The notes below the pieces were generated by a model. It was not told the origin of the DNA, did no database searches, and worked only from the letters and a program-made list of their open reading frames with translations. A stretch of DNA of 64,000 nucleotides. Source: Saccostrea echinata. Its lineage: Eukaryota. The translations under genes and the position numbers were made by a program. Location of the stretch: NCBI RefSeq assembly GCF_033153115.1, contig NW_026889761.1, positions 18,910,001-18,974,000 of the forward strand, read 5' to 3'. Each line of letters starts with the position of its first letter. Position 1 is the first letter of the stretch. Below are positions 51,441 to 64,000 of the stretch, in pieces.

Positions 51441-51712
51441 GTTTTGTAATCTTACGACGTCACATAACGTCAAAGAATAACGAAATATGACGTCATAAAC
51501 ACTTGACTGGAGATCTACGAAACCGCGTGACACAGCGGTTAGGGTGAGTTCACCATGCATAGGACACATACCACAGGTGCTTGGGGACAGGACCTCCCCT
51601 CCCCCCTCCCCCGTTCGACTTTGTTTAAATAAAATATTTTTCTATGACCCATTCACAAAGTATTACAAATGAAAAATCCAAAATATAATCTAAAACTAGC
51701 CTTTTATAACAA

Positions 51713-53845
51713 GTCAAGTCAAGTAAATTTTATTTATAGTCGGCATGTATATACAGTATAACATAATAACATGAGCTATGATAGCTCTTTAACCGACTTC
51801 AACAAATTTACATAGATAAAAGTCAGTAAAAGTATACATAGTTAGTAAAAAAACATAATTTAAATAAACCATAGGAAATAAGCACATATACTAGCAATAA
51901 CAGCAGAAATTGTAATGCACATGTATAACTATCACAAGTAAGAAAGAATCTGACAAAGCACAATACAGAGCACACATTTACTATCACTGATCATGCTAAT
52001 GGAAAGAATAAAAACTAAAATAAGCAAAGGAGCACAAATAACATTGACATATATGACTATCACAAGTAAGTACAATCACAAAGCACATTTACTAGCATCG
52101 ATAGAAGAGAAAAACTGAAAACACAAGGAAAGCAACATAGATAGTAATTATACATATGACTAGCATGCATATGGACAATCACAGAACAGGAAAATAAAAC
52201 AAAACAAAATATAAAACAAATTCATATTAGAAATAAAAAGATACACCACAGATGAACACTTAAAAAGGCTTCTCAGACATAGGCAGCATGGACTGGTGTT
52301 TACATAAACTACATTTACATGTCTGATTTCCACACCAAGTAGATATATAGTTTTTAAAAAATTAAAGGATTTTGTGTTCCGAATATCATTAGGAAGAGTA
52401 TTCCATATCCTTGCTGCCTCATATCTGAAAGAACCTTTTCCTTGTAGTTTTTGGTCTAGGAATATCTGCGGCTTTAGCATACCTAAAATTATATGAATTT
52501 TCTCTAATTATAACCAGATCTTGGAGAAAGACTGGACTCTTTTATATAATTTAAAATGTTTCTAATGCCAGCAATCTCATTCTTCTAGTCTTTAGAGAGG
52601 GCAATTTGGATCTTTCCAATAATTGTTCATATAAACTTTTATAGTCATTATAAATAAAACGCAACGCTCTTAACTGAACTTTCTCCGTTTCAAAACATTT
52701 AGTTGTCTTGCTGCCTTCTTACACATCTCTGAGATATGAGTATTAAAATACCGGTATAGTTTAAAATCAATTGTAATTCCTAAAAGTTTAACTTCATCTT
52801 CCCATTTGATGATTACATTTTCCAAGTTAAAAGATATTTGTTGTTTTGGTGTTTTGGACCCAATTGCAATTGCTTGAAATTTTTCAGGATTTGCCTTCAT
52901 TTTATTAATTGAAAACCATTTAATAAGAGATAAACTGTCCTCTTGTAAAGAATTTATAACATTTTGTAATGTTTTGTAAGATTTTGATAGAGTATTATCA
53001 TCTGCATAATTATAGAGAATACAGTTTTTAACAAAAAAGAACAGGTCATTAATGAAGATATTGAAAAATACAGGTCCAAGAATGGATCCCTGAGGTACAC
53101 CTTTCAGAATATCCAGCATTTCACTTAAATGAGAACCAATCTTAACACATTGTTTCCTATTTGATAGATAACTGTTTAACAAATCTAATGTTGGATTGGA
53201 CAGACCATATACTTTAAGTTTTAGAAGGAGCAGATCATGAGGAAGGCAATCAAAAGTCTTTGATAAATCCATCAACATCGCAGCTATGTATTCGTTATTA
53301 TCAAGGGCATGTTTCCAGTCTTCGATAACCCGTAAAAGGGTTGATTGGCATCCAAAACCTGGTCTAAAAGCAGCCAAAAATGGGTTTAAAATCTTTTCAA
53401 AATAGCCATGCAGACAATTGAATTTCAATGGCTTTTTCAAAAATTTTAGAAATGACAGGGAGCACACTGACAGGTCTGTAATTGTCTTTCATAAGAGCAC
53501 TATTTTTCTTATGAATAGGTGTAACCTGAGCTTCCTTAAGCTTGTCAGGGAAAGTCGAGGATAATAAGGACAAGTTTATAATATTTGAAATAGGTTTAAC
53601 TATAACCGATTCTGCTAAATGGAGTAATTTAGATGATATTCCATCAATTCCTGTAGCTTTCTTTACATATATTTTACTGATTCTTTTCTTAACGAAATTT
53701 TCGGTCACACTAGTAAAAGAAAAATCTTCTTCAGGTATATTTTAAGGATATGCTTGAATAGCTGCAATACTTGGGTGTTTGTCATCAACTTGCACACTAT
53801 TTTCTACCATATCTTTGGCAACATTAACAAAATAATTATTAAAAA
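51713..53845 (-). mobile_element. 5'-truncated CR1/L2-group LINE (frameshifted RT, 3' UTR, (CTTGA)n tail)
   Basis: KATGIDGI, NYRPVSVLP, DLSKTFD, GVPQGSILGP, YADD, KLLGITID; AATAAA then TTGAC repeats; TTTATAACAA at 51703-51712 and 53846-53855. Confidence 0.9.
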
Positions 53846-53964
53846 TTTATAACAATCCACTCTCTCTGATACTTAAAAGATAACAAGCTAGGTTGACAAC
53901 TTCGACTTTCGACTCGTCGATGGGAAATCCTCAAAAAATGAAGATTCATGCATGATTCAAGTTA

Positions 53965-54897
53965 CGAGGGGTGATCAAAAAGTTCGCGAACTAATTGAAT
54001 AACTTCCATAAAAGAAATGAAATTAGGTTTTAGTGTCCATTATTTTTTTTAAAGTAGTCCTCTCCGATTTAAATCACATAGATCTGCCACAGTTCTGTCC
54101 ATGCGCAAATCACGTGATACAGGCGGTCACGTGACATGCTCCGAAGCGTTCCGTTCACAGGAAAAGATTTTTTCGAGTCTTATATTTCTTACCATGCAAG
54201 TTATTTTTTATAACAAAAACAGTCAACTTGTCAAAAATGGCCAAATGTCGGCAATAGGATGGGTGGATAAGGATATCCTTTCCCGGAATGAGCATGGTGA
54301 CCATCGCAACCCGAGTTTTCCGTCTTGGGAGCGTCGTTTATCCAATGTGGATATAAGGCAAGGCGCCTTCTTTTTATCATATCTGATATGATTAAATTCT
54401 AAAGTAAACGATATTTTAGGGATTTAATACTTCTAACTGTAACTTGGCGGTCTTTCATATCAAATTGCTCAACTATGGACACATCTCTTCCCCAGCTTGC
54501 TTTCACTGGGCAAGAGAACAAACATCATTTTTAACCATATCCCTTCTTTTACTAAAACAATCAATCCAATTAATGATTAAACTCCTGGCAAGTCTTTTGT
54601 CTTCATAAACTTTGTACAAAGTATTATATGCTATTGCAAAGGAATTTCCAAGATACCCATAAAACTTTACAGCAGTTCGTTGCTCGAGTACGACTGAGTC
54701 AATCATTTTTTGTCACAAGTAACCTACCTAATGACGTCATTTTCACATTGTGACGTCACAAACATGGATCAAAACATTACATAAAACTGCTATATATAGA
54801 ACAAATGTATGACTATATGTGTACCAAATTTCATTCTGATCTGAATTGTGGTTTTGAAAATATAGAGATAGTTCGCGAACTTTTTGATCACCCCTCG
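53965..54897 (-). mobile_element. Internally deleted mariner element (933 bp)
   Basis: Perfect 29-bp TIR CGAGGGGTGATCAAAAAGTTCGCGAACTA, TA TSD; HTH remnant EQRTAVKF..LG...VYED..L.RS....W...F; C-terminal GEDYFKK. Confidence 0.9.
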
Positions 54898-55477
54898 TAT
54901 ACATGTATACCGCCTGGAAGTAAAGGTTTCCATATCTTCAGAGAATATTAATTAATCGATACATCGCAAATTTGTGTCCCATTGTGGTTCCAGTCTTGGG
55001 AATTTTCATGTTTAACACGCGCAACTCGTCATTTCAATTGTCAAATGGACCTTAATCCCCCACCCCTCACCCAATCCCAACCCTAAAGCAAAATTTGAAG
55101 TTAGAAGAATTCTCTTTTCGTGGGGGCTAGCCAAAGATTTTTTTCATCAGCTGTTACGTCCCGTTATCCTCTTTTTAGTGTTAGAGAGAGTGATTTATTT
55201 ATCTATTTATTTTTTTTTTTATAAAAGGCTAGTTTTAGGTTATATTTTGGATTTTTCAGTTGTAATGACTTTGTAAATGTGTCATAGATAGAGAAATATT
55301 TTATTTTTAAAAAGTCGAAGAATCCTTGGGGTACGGAACATGGGGTGAGGGCCTGCTTGACTGGTTAAGTAATAGACTCTTCCATAAACTATTCGGTCAT
55401 TCATTCAATCGGGTTAGGCCTTCCCTCTCCAATTACATAATATAGAGTCATACCGGAATTTGTTTTTCCGAACTGCC

Positions 55478-55504
55478 TGACTCAGATGAAAACGAAAGTA
55501 GAAA
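55478..55504 (+). promoter_or_regulatory. AP-1 site + IRF element (ISRE-like) upstream of the NB-ARC-TPR gene
   Basis: TGACTCA 55478-55484; GAAAACGAAAGT 55488-55499; further GAAA 55501; kB-like GGGAATTTTC 54998-55007. Confidence 0.55.
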
Positions 55505-55742
55505 TTGGTTTCCAACTAGGAACAGATGACAAAAGCTGTTTCCTATCACTATGGTATCTAAAGAACAACGTACACACATCACCGTTTCTGACAACAACCA
55601 TGAATACAGGACTGAACCGGTTGCTAAGTACTGTACTTGAGATCTGTAAACTGGGTGCAAGGGCATGGCTTTGATATCTGTAAATTTTATATGAACATGA
55701 TATCGAAAACTTAACATCAGAGGCACTTAGTCCTCCAATAAT

Positions 55743-58700
55743 ATGGATTATATTGACTTTGATTCGCCCAATGTTGGGGTCAGTGATACTCTCATTAGTC
55801 CATGGGACCTGATTCTCCACGGACTTTCCGAGGAACTGGACACCGATCAGAGCCTTTTACAAGAAGTATGCCAACGTGCAGTCCAGGACCTGGGGCCAGC
55901 ATTTGCTGGAATTCAGAATGCTGACGATTTCTTCGCTGCTCTTGAAAACAATCTGAGTAACGACAAAGGTTTAATTCTTGACTATTTGATAGCTTTAGTA
56001 GATATTGTTAATTTATACAGACGTCAGGGGACTGAACCATTCAAAGATGTTTTACTGCAATATAAAAACCAGTTAACAAAATACAGAGAAGATTGTGCAC
56101 GGGTCTCCAAATCTAAGGTTGAGGAATTCATAGGAAGAGAAGCAGACCTTAAAAATATAGAGGAAAATCTGAGAGGAAAAAAATATCAAGGTAATTAGCA
56201 AAAATAAATTTTATCATAACAAAAAAAAAAAAAAAAAAGATAATAAAAATTGTCCATAGGTTTTCAAGACCAAGTAGATATTGTGGGGGTGGGTGGAAAC
56301 CCCTCCCCCCCCCCCCCATTATATTCCCTGTTTATACCATACAGTAGCAAAGCAATGCAAGATAAACTGCCGTTGTGCCCCTCTCAATAATATTTATGAT
56401 GCCCCATTTCGATTTTTTTTTATTTGTCAGAGGATTTCTAATTGGTTGTCCCCCCCCCCCCCCCAAAAAGCCAAATTTAAAAACAAACTTAAATTGCTTT
56501 TTTTTCATTCGGGAATCTAAAAAGTTAACTGAATACATCATGTACATTAGTCAAATGAATTTTGTTCTAAAATTTTAGGCGTTGCAATCTGTGGAATGGG
56601 TGGGATTGGAAAAACAAGTCTGGCTACAGAGGTCTGCTACAGACTGCAGCATGCAAGAGAGAAATGGCATGTTGAGACCATAGACATGAGGTAAGTTAGT
56701 AGTATTTGTAATTTTGTAAAATCTAAAAGAATTAATAAAAGTTTAATATTTGTTATGTTTCCTCTTGCCATACTGTTTTGATCTATGTGTAAAATCATAG
56801 GCACCACATGCAACAAATGAATCTAATTAAAATGAGATCTTTGACCCACTCTAAGTAGATCCTAAGACCATCCTTAAAAAATTGTTTGTTTGGAATTGCC
56901 ACCTGGGAAGTTTCAGACCCTGGAAGGAGAAAGGGAAATTATTATTTTTTTTTAAATTAAAGTTAAATTAAAAAATTATGATAAAAATCCTAGTAAGCAG
57001 TGAGCACATTATTTTCTGCCTTTTTGTAAAGGGTGTCTCCCATCAACAAGGAACCCAGTTTTGCTTAGATCCGACACTCACTTTAAGTGATTGGGTGGCA
57101 CATGTGATAACTGGCCAAGAATTGATTGAATAAAATAATCTTCTTATTTATGGTTAATAAAATTTTTCCAGGAGGGGTCATTTCAATGAGGCGGGAGGCA
57201 ATTCCAAACAAACCATAATTTTATTTTGGCCTAAACAATATAGCAATCCAGTTGGTGTGGATCAAAGACTAATTTTAATTACATTGCACATGCAATGAAA
57301 TTTTTTTGCCCCCCCCCCCCAAAAAAAATAGATATTGTTATTTATATTCTGACCAATGTGATCTCAAATATTTTTTTAGAATGACAGCATTTTGTAGAGA
57401 AATTAATTGTTTACCTGTGCATTACCCTTGGATATTTTGACGAGTCATTCAGATTCTGTGTGCCTCTTTTTCAGAGAGAAGGAAGATTTGGTAGACTTAC
57501 TGCGAGATCTGGTTACTGCAGTAGGGCAGGAATGTAACAGTGCAGAAGTTGTAGACCTGTACTCAGAATTAATCACAGGACTGAGAGGATTGAAAGCCAG
57601 TAAAAAATTTAAAATACTAGTATATACTTAACATAAAGTAAATGCAGGAAGGGTATTTCTTTCTCAGTGTAATCTGGCTGCATCAGTTGCCATGGGACTT
57701 ATAGCTTTGTTAGAAGAACATTTGCTCCAATGTTTAAGATTCAGATCTTTATCAGATATCTATATTTTTCACCAGGTTCACTTACTGCAAATGCCTGAAA
57801 CAAAGAGGCTATAAATCCTCCATACCAGAGCCTACATTGTGTGTTAGAGAGGGGGATGTTGATATTCTTTTTGGATTAGATGCATTTGAACCCAGAGGTT
57901 CATTTTAGAAAGCAATCACATAATTACAGGCGCGGATCCAGGAATTTTTTTCCAGGAAGGGTCCATCTAAGTAAAAAAAAACTTTCAACCCAAAAATTCC
58001 TTGACAAACTATATTCCCTTCCCAAACGTATTAAACCCAGAAATATTCTTGACAAGCAAAAAAACAAAAAACAAAAAACAAAACAAAAACAAACCTAAAA
58101 TCCATTTCTCAAAGGTGCAAAACACCTATTTTGTGGTGGTGTTGGTGGGGTCCACATTTTCTGGGGGGGGGGGGATCCAAAGTTATTTTTTTCTTTCCTT
58201 CAGTATATACATTTAATAACTCTGCAAATTCCAGGGAGGGTCCATACCCCCCCCCCCCCAACCCCCCCAACCCCCTAGATCCGTGCATGAATTAGTACAG
58301 TTCAGGGTTTGAATCATTATCATATTCCTACATTGTCATATTTAGTGATTGCTTATCTATGTAGTTTAGATTTACAAAGGTGCAACTGAAGACAATTTGA
58401 AAATTTCTGAATGTATCATTAAACAATCGCAATGCTGAGTAATTTAATAACATGGCTTGGAATGATTCTTACATAAATGGAGTTAAAAATCACACTAACA
58501 TACTGCTAATTTAATGATGATAGTAAAGTAATAATATTTTTCTTGCCAGAAAAATATTTCTTAAATACCATATAGGGTGTCCAGTAAACTGAATTTTAAG
58601 TTGTGCTACAGATCTAAACTTCGTTATCATATTTGATCAAAACTAAACAAAGTTCATGAATTTTCAGGTCTAAAAATCTTTGTGTATAATTTTATTCCAG

Positions 58701-61700
58701 TAATTTTCCAAGTTTTTCCATGAATTATATTACAAGGCTCTCTGTATCTTTTTATTAAAATGGGTACAATTCTAATTCAAAAGTAATTTTTGTACCGGTA
58801 CCCTTGAGAATGTGGAGCATATTCAAGCACATGTTATCGTACTAGAATTATACAACATTATTATTTTTTAATCAATTTTTTCCACATCTTTAAATTCTAG
58901 GGACAATTTTCTTCATGGATAACCTGGATGATATGATGAAAAGCAGTGAAAGAAAGGAGCAGTTGCTGAAATTTTTGGAAAAATTCAGTCTTGATACAAA
59001 AGTACTAGATACCAAGGTAGCCAATGTAATTTATTAGCAAATATAATATGCTCAGCTACACGTGCAGTAAAACAGGCTTAGCAGAGTGCCCGAGACTAAC
59101 AATTCTAATTCGTTATAAATATTTTTTGTTTTCTCAGTTTAGTGCATAAATGAGCTCTTTGGCATTGTTTTCTATTTATAGCATATTTTGGCAAAATTAT
59201 CAAGAAAAGGGGGTGGGGTGGGGGTGGGGAGCAGCCCTATAGAATGGGCCAGTATTTGTAACATACAAGGCAAACAAAGTTGTAAAGAAAATTCTTCTTT
59301 AATGTACATTTTCATAAACAAAGCAATTATCATTTTAACATGAATTGTATTGCAGGAAGACTGGTAGTTTCAACTTCTCATGCTTTGTTGATATTGAAAT
59401 TGTGCAATGCAAGGGAGGATTTCCCAGTGATAATAAATATATATGTATATTCATATCGCTACAATTGATTTTGTTTAAGGTGCTTAACCCCCTTCCTATA
59501 TATATTAGGAATGGCAATTTGTAATCGGTTAACCGGTTACTGGTTGGAACGATGGTAATCGGTTAGAAAATTTGTAATCGGTTAGTCAGAAAAAATTAAT
59601 ATATGTGTAAATTTGAGTACAATTTCCTGAAAATTCAATTAAGAAATACAATTGAAATGTTAGCATTTTCACCTATCTTTTTAAGCTGATTTAGAGGTGA
59701 TAAAGGCTCTCTTGATTGATATCATGCCTCTCCCCATGGTTATAAAGTTTGTGAAACTTTACTAATCACAGAATATCTCCAAAATTTCTCCAGTGAAAAC
59801 ATTTCCATGTTTTTAGTACTGTACTTTGAAAATTGCTAGAAAGCGATTCCCTGCTTCAAGAGACTACCTGTCATATGTGACAATTTTAGAATTTCCCTTG
59901 ATAGGTCACTTAATACATGTTTTACTGTAAATATTATTTACCCAGGGTCAAGGTTATTAATATATAGAGTGGTTTTGAAGTCATATTACAAAGTTATTTC
60001 TGCTACAGCTTTCAAACTCTGATTGAATGATTTAAATCACAAGTTTTATAACTTGTTGTTCATGGCCCAAAATTGTGTCATTATTTAGATCCAAGGTCAT
60101 CAAGGCTGATTTTTGTTAAGAAATCAAAATTATCTAGAACTAAGATGTGTTTATATGCCCACAGGTTCGAATATTGCTGACTGTGCGACAAAAATTGGTT
60201 ACTGAGGAGAAACTGAATGTGTCAACATTTATCAGAAAGATATCCAGAAGTGCTGAAAGACTTGGTCAGTTGTTTGAAGTAGAACTACAAAGACTGAATC
60301 AACAGGAAGGTGTTTTACTGTTCAAAGCTTGTTGTAGAAGACCATTTACAGTAAGTGAAGTTACAGTTTAAAGATCAGACTGTTTGGTACATAGTAAAGA
60401 AATTAACTGAAAGATAAGTAACTCTGCAGCCAAAATGATAGATCATTCAAATGATATTGTGTATATATAGTAAAAACAGTTACAAGGCAGTTTACTACAA
60501 TTAAAGTTTAAATGTCAGTATACTACCCAGAGGATATTCAATGTTTTGTAGTTGGATGTGGAATTTATTTCACGAGTGGGGCAGGATATGTTCACGAGTG
60601 CGAAGAAGCAGGAGTGAAAATGAAAAAAGAATTGTCTCAGAATTGTTTCAACTACAAAACATTGAATGTTCTGTTTATTATATTTTCTTTGATTTTCCCT
60701 TTACCTTCCTTTTTTCATAACATGGTGTCATAGGCTCTGACGTCATACTTGAGTGCTTGTGAGACAAATGTGAGATTGAAAATAGTAAACATGGATTTTA
60801 ACAACAATTAAGAGAAACCTTTGGCAGTTTTGGTATTTGTTAGCATGGTTTATTTACTCTCACTATCTTTTAACAGGATAGGTAGCATTTTTGTAATACT
60901 CTTTGTGAAGGAAAAGAAAATAAAAAATTTTGCTGCACCATTGATATTTCTCCACGATGTGAAAAATATTGCTTTTATTTAATAAATAAATTCAGTATTT
61001 TACTGTTGAAAATGTAATAAAATGTTATACTTGACTATTTGTCTTGTTTAGAATTTCAGAGCAATTAATTTAAGGGAAGTTGGTAAGATTCTTTACTCCA
61101 TAAACATTTGACTCAAAGCTGATTTTACCTCATGTTTCAGGCTCCCCCTGAAAACGAGGTCTGTCGGAAGATTGTAGATTTATGTGGAGGAAGTCCACTG
61201 GCCATCAAATCTGTTGGGGCAGCTGTCAGAAGTGGGAAGGTTAATCCTGAAATGTTGGCCCAAAAGCTCGAAAAAGATTTCCCAGGTCTGAAAATGGAAA
61301 GTAAATGTCTCACTCAAACATTTGAAACCTTAGACAAACTGAAAAAAGATATCATGGTAAAGTTACATGTGTTTGGGACAGCTAAGTTTGACTTGGCCTG
61401 TGCAGCTTTTGTGTTAGGTGAGGACACTTTGAAGTATGAAAACCCAATTACTGCAATCACCAATGCAAATTTGATATATCTGAAGAGCCGCCATTTTGTA
61501 GAGGTTGATGACTTGACCAAAATGGAGAATGAAGATATTCAAACAGAATCAAAGAGTGTAAAATTTTCTCTACATCCATTAGTCCATGAATTTCTCTCTC
61601 AAATTGCAAATAATGAAATGTTTAAACAAGCAGATAATGAGGCAAAATGTTTGTTCATTGAGTATGTAGAGAAGAAAAACAGTGACATTTTTGAGAAATT

Positions 61701-63594
61701 TGAGAAAAACTGTGTGAAGGCATGGAAAGATTTGAAAGACTTCAAGGTTCATTTGAAAACATACTATGACTTGATCCAAAACATAACCCCTGATTTTCTT
61801 AAATTAAGGAAGAGTTCAAGATCAATATTGACTTGTAAAAGAATATCAGAAGTGGCAGATCTATTTCTTGAAGATTACGTTAAGTTTAAGCTGCTTGAAA
61901 AATTCATTGAGCAGTCAAAGTCAAGGGGTGATTTCTTGGAAACTGCGTTATGGCAGGTACATCTGGGAAGAAAATTTTTTGAAAGTGACAGAAATGAAAT
62001 AGCTGAAAATATTCTCAACTGTATTCTAACAGAAACATTACCCAGTTTTCCCCTGGAATATGGAAGTCTTGGTCCATTTGTTGAAGTAGCAGGTGCAACT
62101 TTTTATTTTGCTGGAAAGCTATGTCTCAAAGACAGAAAATATTCCGAGGCACTAGTCTACTTCGAAAATGCTAAGCAACTTTGGGCTAACAAACTAGAGA
62201 AGACCGTGAGAAACAAATACAGTATTGATCTAGCATTGGTGTACAATTCTTTAGGAAAAGTGCATGCAAATCTAACACCACCAAATCTTCAAAAATCAAA
62301 ATACAATCACTTGAAGGCATTTCGTATTGCATACAAAAAGTCTGAAAACTTCAACAACATTGATATTCCTCTGTATATTCACAATATCGGGAGATGTTTT
62401 TACAGAGAAGGAAATGAAAATGAGACAAGAAGCAAAAAAGATGAAGCCAAGCAATGCTTCAGAGATGCAGAGAATTATTACAAACAGGCTATGAAACTGT
62501 TCAGACATTTTAAAATGGAAAAGTTTGACAGCTTTGCAGAAGTGCAGCGATCCCTAGCTTTTGCAGAGATGAAGTTGAGGGAGATGGGATTAGCTGAGGA
62601 TGACATAGTAAAGGCTTATGAGTTGAGAAAGTTGGTCATGTCCCCTCCCCATGAAGCCATCACCACCACAGTGCATGATGTAGCCACAATAAGGATAGAA
62701 AGGGCCATTTATCTTTACTGGGAGTACTTTCAGAAAAAAATAGGAGACAAATGTAAGAATTTTTGTTTATTACATATTTTTTTGTGTAGTTTACCTCATA
62801 AAAATTGAATAATGCATCCATATATGGGTGTATACCATGGTTACCAGCAGACATGCTCCATATGCAGCATCTGGTGCATTTCGTGGACAATTTAACAGGT
62901 TAGAATTCAGGGATCAGGTTCATTACCAAGAAACTATATATAGCCTACCTGGGCCAAATTTGCATGGATATTGCATCCAAGGATACACACTTCAAGACAT
63001 TCTTTGAAATGTCTGCGTCTGATATATATTTTTTGGATGATTAAACAGGTTAAAAGTTTTTGGAGCAGGTTTACTCTTAAGTAAAAGTATAAGCTCTACT
63101 CAAACCAAACTTGCATGAACATTGCCTCTAGGGATGCACACTTAAAAAATTCAGTTGATGTGGAATATTGCATAACATCTTTATTTTCCTGAGACTGTAA
63201 ATGCCTGAAAATGATTTTGTGAGGAGTGAACAGACAGACAGTCATGGTAAATCAGAAATTCTCCTCTCATGGGGGGAACATAATAATTTTAAAAGTATAT
63301 GTTGCCAAGTTGTAATTTTTTTAAACATAAAATTTTATTGGTCAGTGTTTCAATCAGAGAATCTTTTGGCAAGGGAATTTTTTTTAGAATGGCATATATT
63401 TTTGAATTGCAGATGAGCCCATTAACAAGTTATATGAGGCCATTGCAGACTATGAACATGTGATGCATTTAACAAAACTTGGAGGTCTGCCCATGGATCA
63501 TCCAGAATACCAACACATAAAGAATAACCATATCTGGGCTCTGACACAGGTCAAAGAAAACAAGAAAATAGCCAAAGCTGTCCAGTTCTATAAG
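55743..63594 (+). CDS. DED-like + NB-ARC (STAND NTPase) + TPR protein, 3'-incomplete. Exons 55743-56190, 56579-56690, 57475-57599, 58901-59016, 60165-60350, 61141-62752, 63413-63594
   Basis: FIGREADL, Walker A GMGGIGKT, Walker B IFFMDNLD, sensor ILLTVR, LCGGSPLAI, winged-helix LHPLVHEF, TPR-like helices (YSEALVYFENA, LALVYNSLGKVH, IHNIGRCFY, AENYYKQA); phases consistent; no stop before the window end. Confidence 0.9.
57927..58289. mobile_element. Short non-autonomous DNA element with poly-G/C tracts in an intron
   Basis: CAGGCGCGGATCCAGG ... CCTAGATCCGTGCATG; AATTA on both flanks. Confidence 0.65.
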
Positions 63595-63714
63595 GTCAGA
63601 ATGTTGATAAAGATCCAAATCAAAAGTTAATTTCCATTAAGATGATGTTTCCAGCAAGTAATATATTTAAATTTGTTGAAAAAAGGTGAAGATAATGAAT
63701 AGTGAAAATTAATA

Positions 63715-63869
63715 AACACAAATCTGTGAACAGGGCATAAAACATGGACCCCTGGAAGTTCCGGGATCAGGTTCCTAGGAAGAATAGACATCCACTGTCG
63801 ACCAGTCACACCCGCTGTGAGCCCTAAGCATTGATCAGATAAACGGAATATTCGGTAGTCAAGTGTAAG
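63715..63869 (-). mobile_element. Penelope-like element 3' fragment
   Basis: Matches 9700-9845 and 32470-32610 (ACAAATCTGTGAACAGG, GGGATCAGG, GTCACACCCGCTGTG). Confidence 0.65.
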
Positions 63870-64000
63870 AACAAGATGTGTTTGTAAAACACTGATGCCC
63901 CCATATAGCAACTTATAGCGAAGGTTAAACTTTCTCAAATGCAAATGAAATATGTTGGTACCCAAAGTAAGGTCTTGTCTCAAGGAATATACCTGTGATG
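63870..64000. mobile_element. Probable start of another Helentron-type element, truncated by the window end
   Basis: AACAAGATGTGTTTGTAAAACACTGATGCCCCC begins with the same AACAAGA as the three HINEs; other end not visible. Confidence 0.45.

Noticed and set aside
55448-55820. Short ORFs on both strands upstream of the NB-ARC-TPR gene as a partner effector gene
   Set aside because: No motifs or splice support; they overlap the promoter and 5' UTR; at most uORFs
55743-63594. Bacterial or fungal contamination, or recent horizontal transfer, of the NB-ARC-TPR gene
   Set aside because: It has multiple spliceosomal introns containing the same repeat families as the rest of the window; ancient transfer cannot be judged without a phylogeny

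Overview
AT-rich, intron-rich animal genomic DNA, most likely an oyster-type bivalve (inferred from Helentron-type elements with ~165-bp satellite cores; no search was run). Seven spliced protein-coding genes were rebuilt by hand from GT-AG junctions and reading-frame phase: (1) the 5' end of an unidentified minus-strand gene with two look-alike alternative first exons; (2) hnRNP R/Q (SYNCRIP-like), minus; (3) head-to-head with it, a signal peptide + JmjC + EF-hand + KDEL protein; (4) IST1, minus; (5) a centrin-like EF-hand protein with a long N-terminal extension; (6) a CXorf65/C22orf15-like gene, minus; (7) a DED-like + NB-ARC + TPR receptor-like gene that runs off the right end and has IRF/AP-1/kB-like motifs upstream. 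Between them lie Helentron-type elements, MITEs, foldbacks, Penelope-like, LINE, Gypsy and mariner remnants, and minisatellites. The most unusual observations are a TTAA-flanked transposon carrying ten RFX X-box-like palindromes spaced ~175 bp apart in non-repetitive DNA, the NLR-like receptor with an apparent immune-inducible promoter, and the ER-retained calcium-binding JmjC oxygenase. Coordinates were counted by hand and may be off by a few bases; family names come from recalled motifs.
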